From the NCBI RefSeq assembly GCF_964355755.1, contig NC_092675.1, positions 20,742,912 through 20,806,911 on the forward strand: a stretch of DNA of 64,000 nucleotides, given 5' to 3'. Positions 63,959 to 64,000 of this stretch are shown here, one piece after another. Below the pieces are notes generated by a model. That model saw only the letters and a list, made by a program, of their open reading frames with translations, had not been told where the DNA came from and ran no database searches. The stretch comes from Antedon mediterranea (taxonomy: Eukaryota; Animalia; Echinodermata). A program made the translations under genes and the position numbers. Every line of letters starts with the position of its first letter. The first letter of the stretch is position 1.

Positions 63959-64000
63959 CTAAGAGTAAAATAATAACAAAATATTTAAAATGAAAGACCA

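Overview
AT-rich, intron-rich animal genomic DNA, probably a marine invertebrate deuterostome. An echinoderm is plausible from the recurrent TAGGCCTA words and Deu-type SINEs, but that is inference. Three conserved multi-exon genes can be rebuilt by hand from GT-AG sites with consistent reading frame. (1) Transportin-1/importin-beta2 on +, 20 coding exons 172-18079, N-terminus upstream of the window. (2) A complete BMP1/tolloid metalloprotease on +, 19 exons 26337-46552, about 977 aa. (3) The 3' 12 exons of FRAS1 on -, 63958 down to 55676, ending in the PDZ motif -GTEV. Introns and intergenic DNA hold many non-autonomous elements: Harbinger-type MITEs, SINE remnants and several minisatellites. 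The most unusual items are: a small Penelope-like insertion with a 15-bp direct repeat, a 36-bp foldback and a minimal hammerhead ribozyme core next to a tolloid splice acceptor; a second decayed hammerhead/Penelope remnant; a ~5-kb composite satellite made almost entirely of two hairpin modules between the convergent tolloid and FRAS1 3' ends; a ~140-copy 28-bp array filling a transportin intron; and a TIR element with a 5-bp TSD that I cannot assign to a family. No CRISPR arrays, rRNA or intact tRNA genes were seen. All coordinates were counted by eye and may be off by a few bases.
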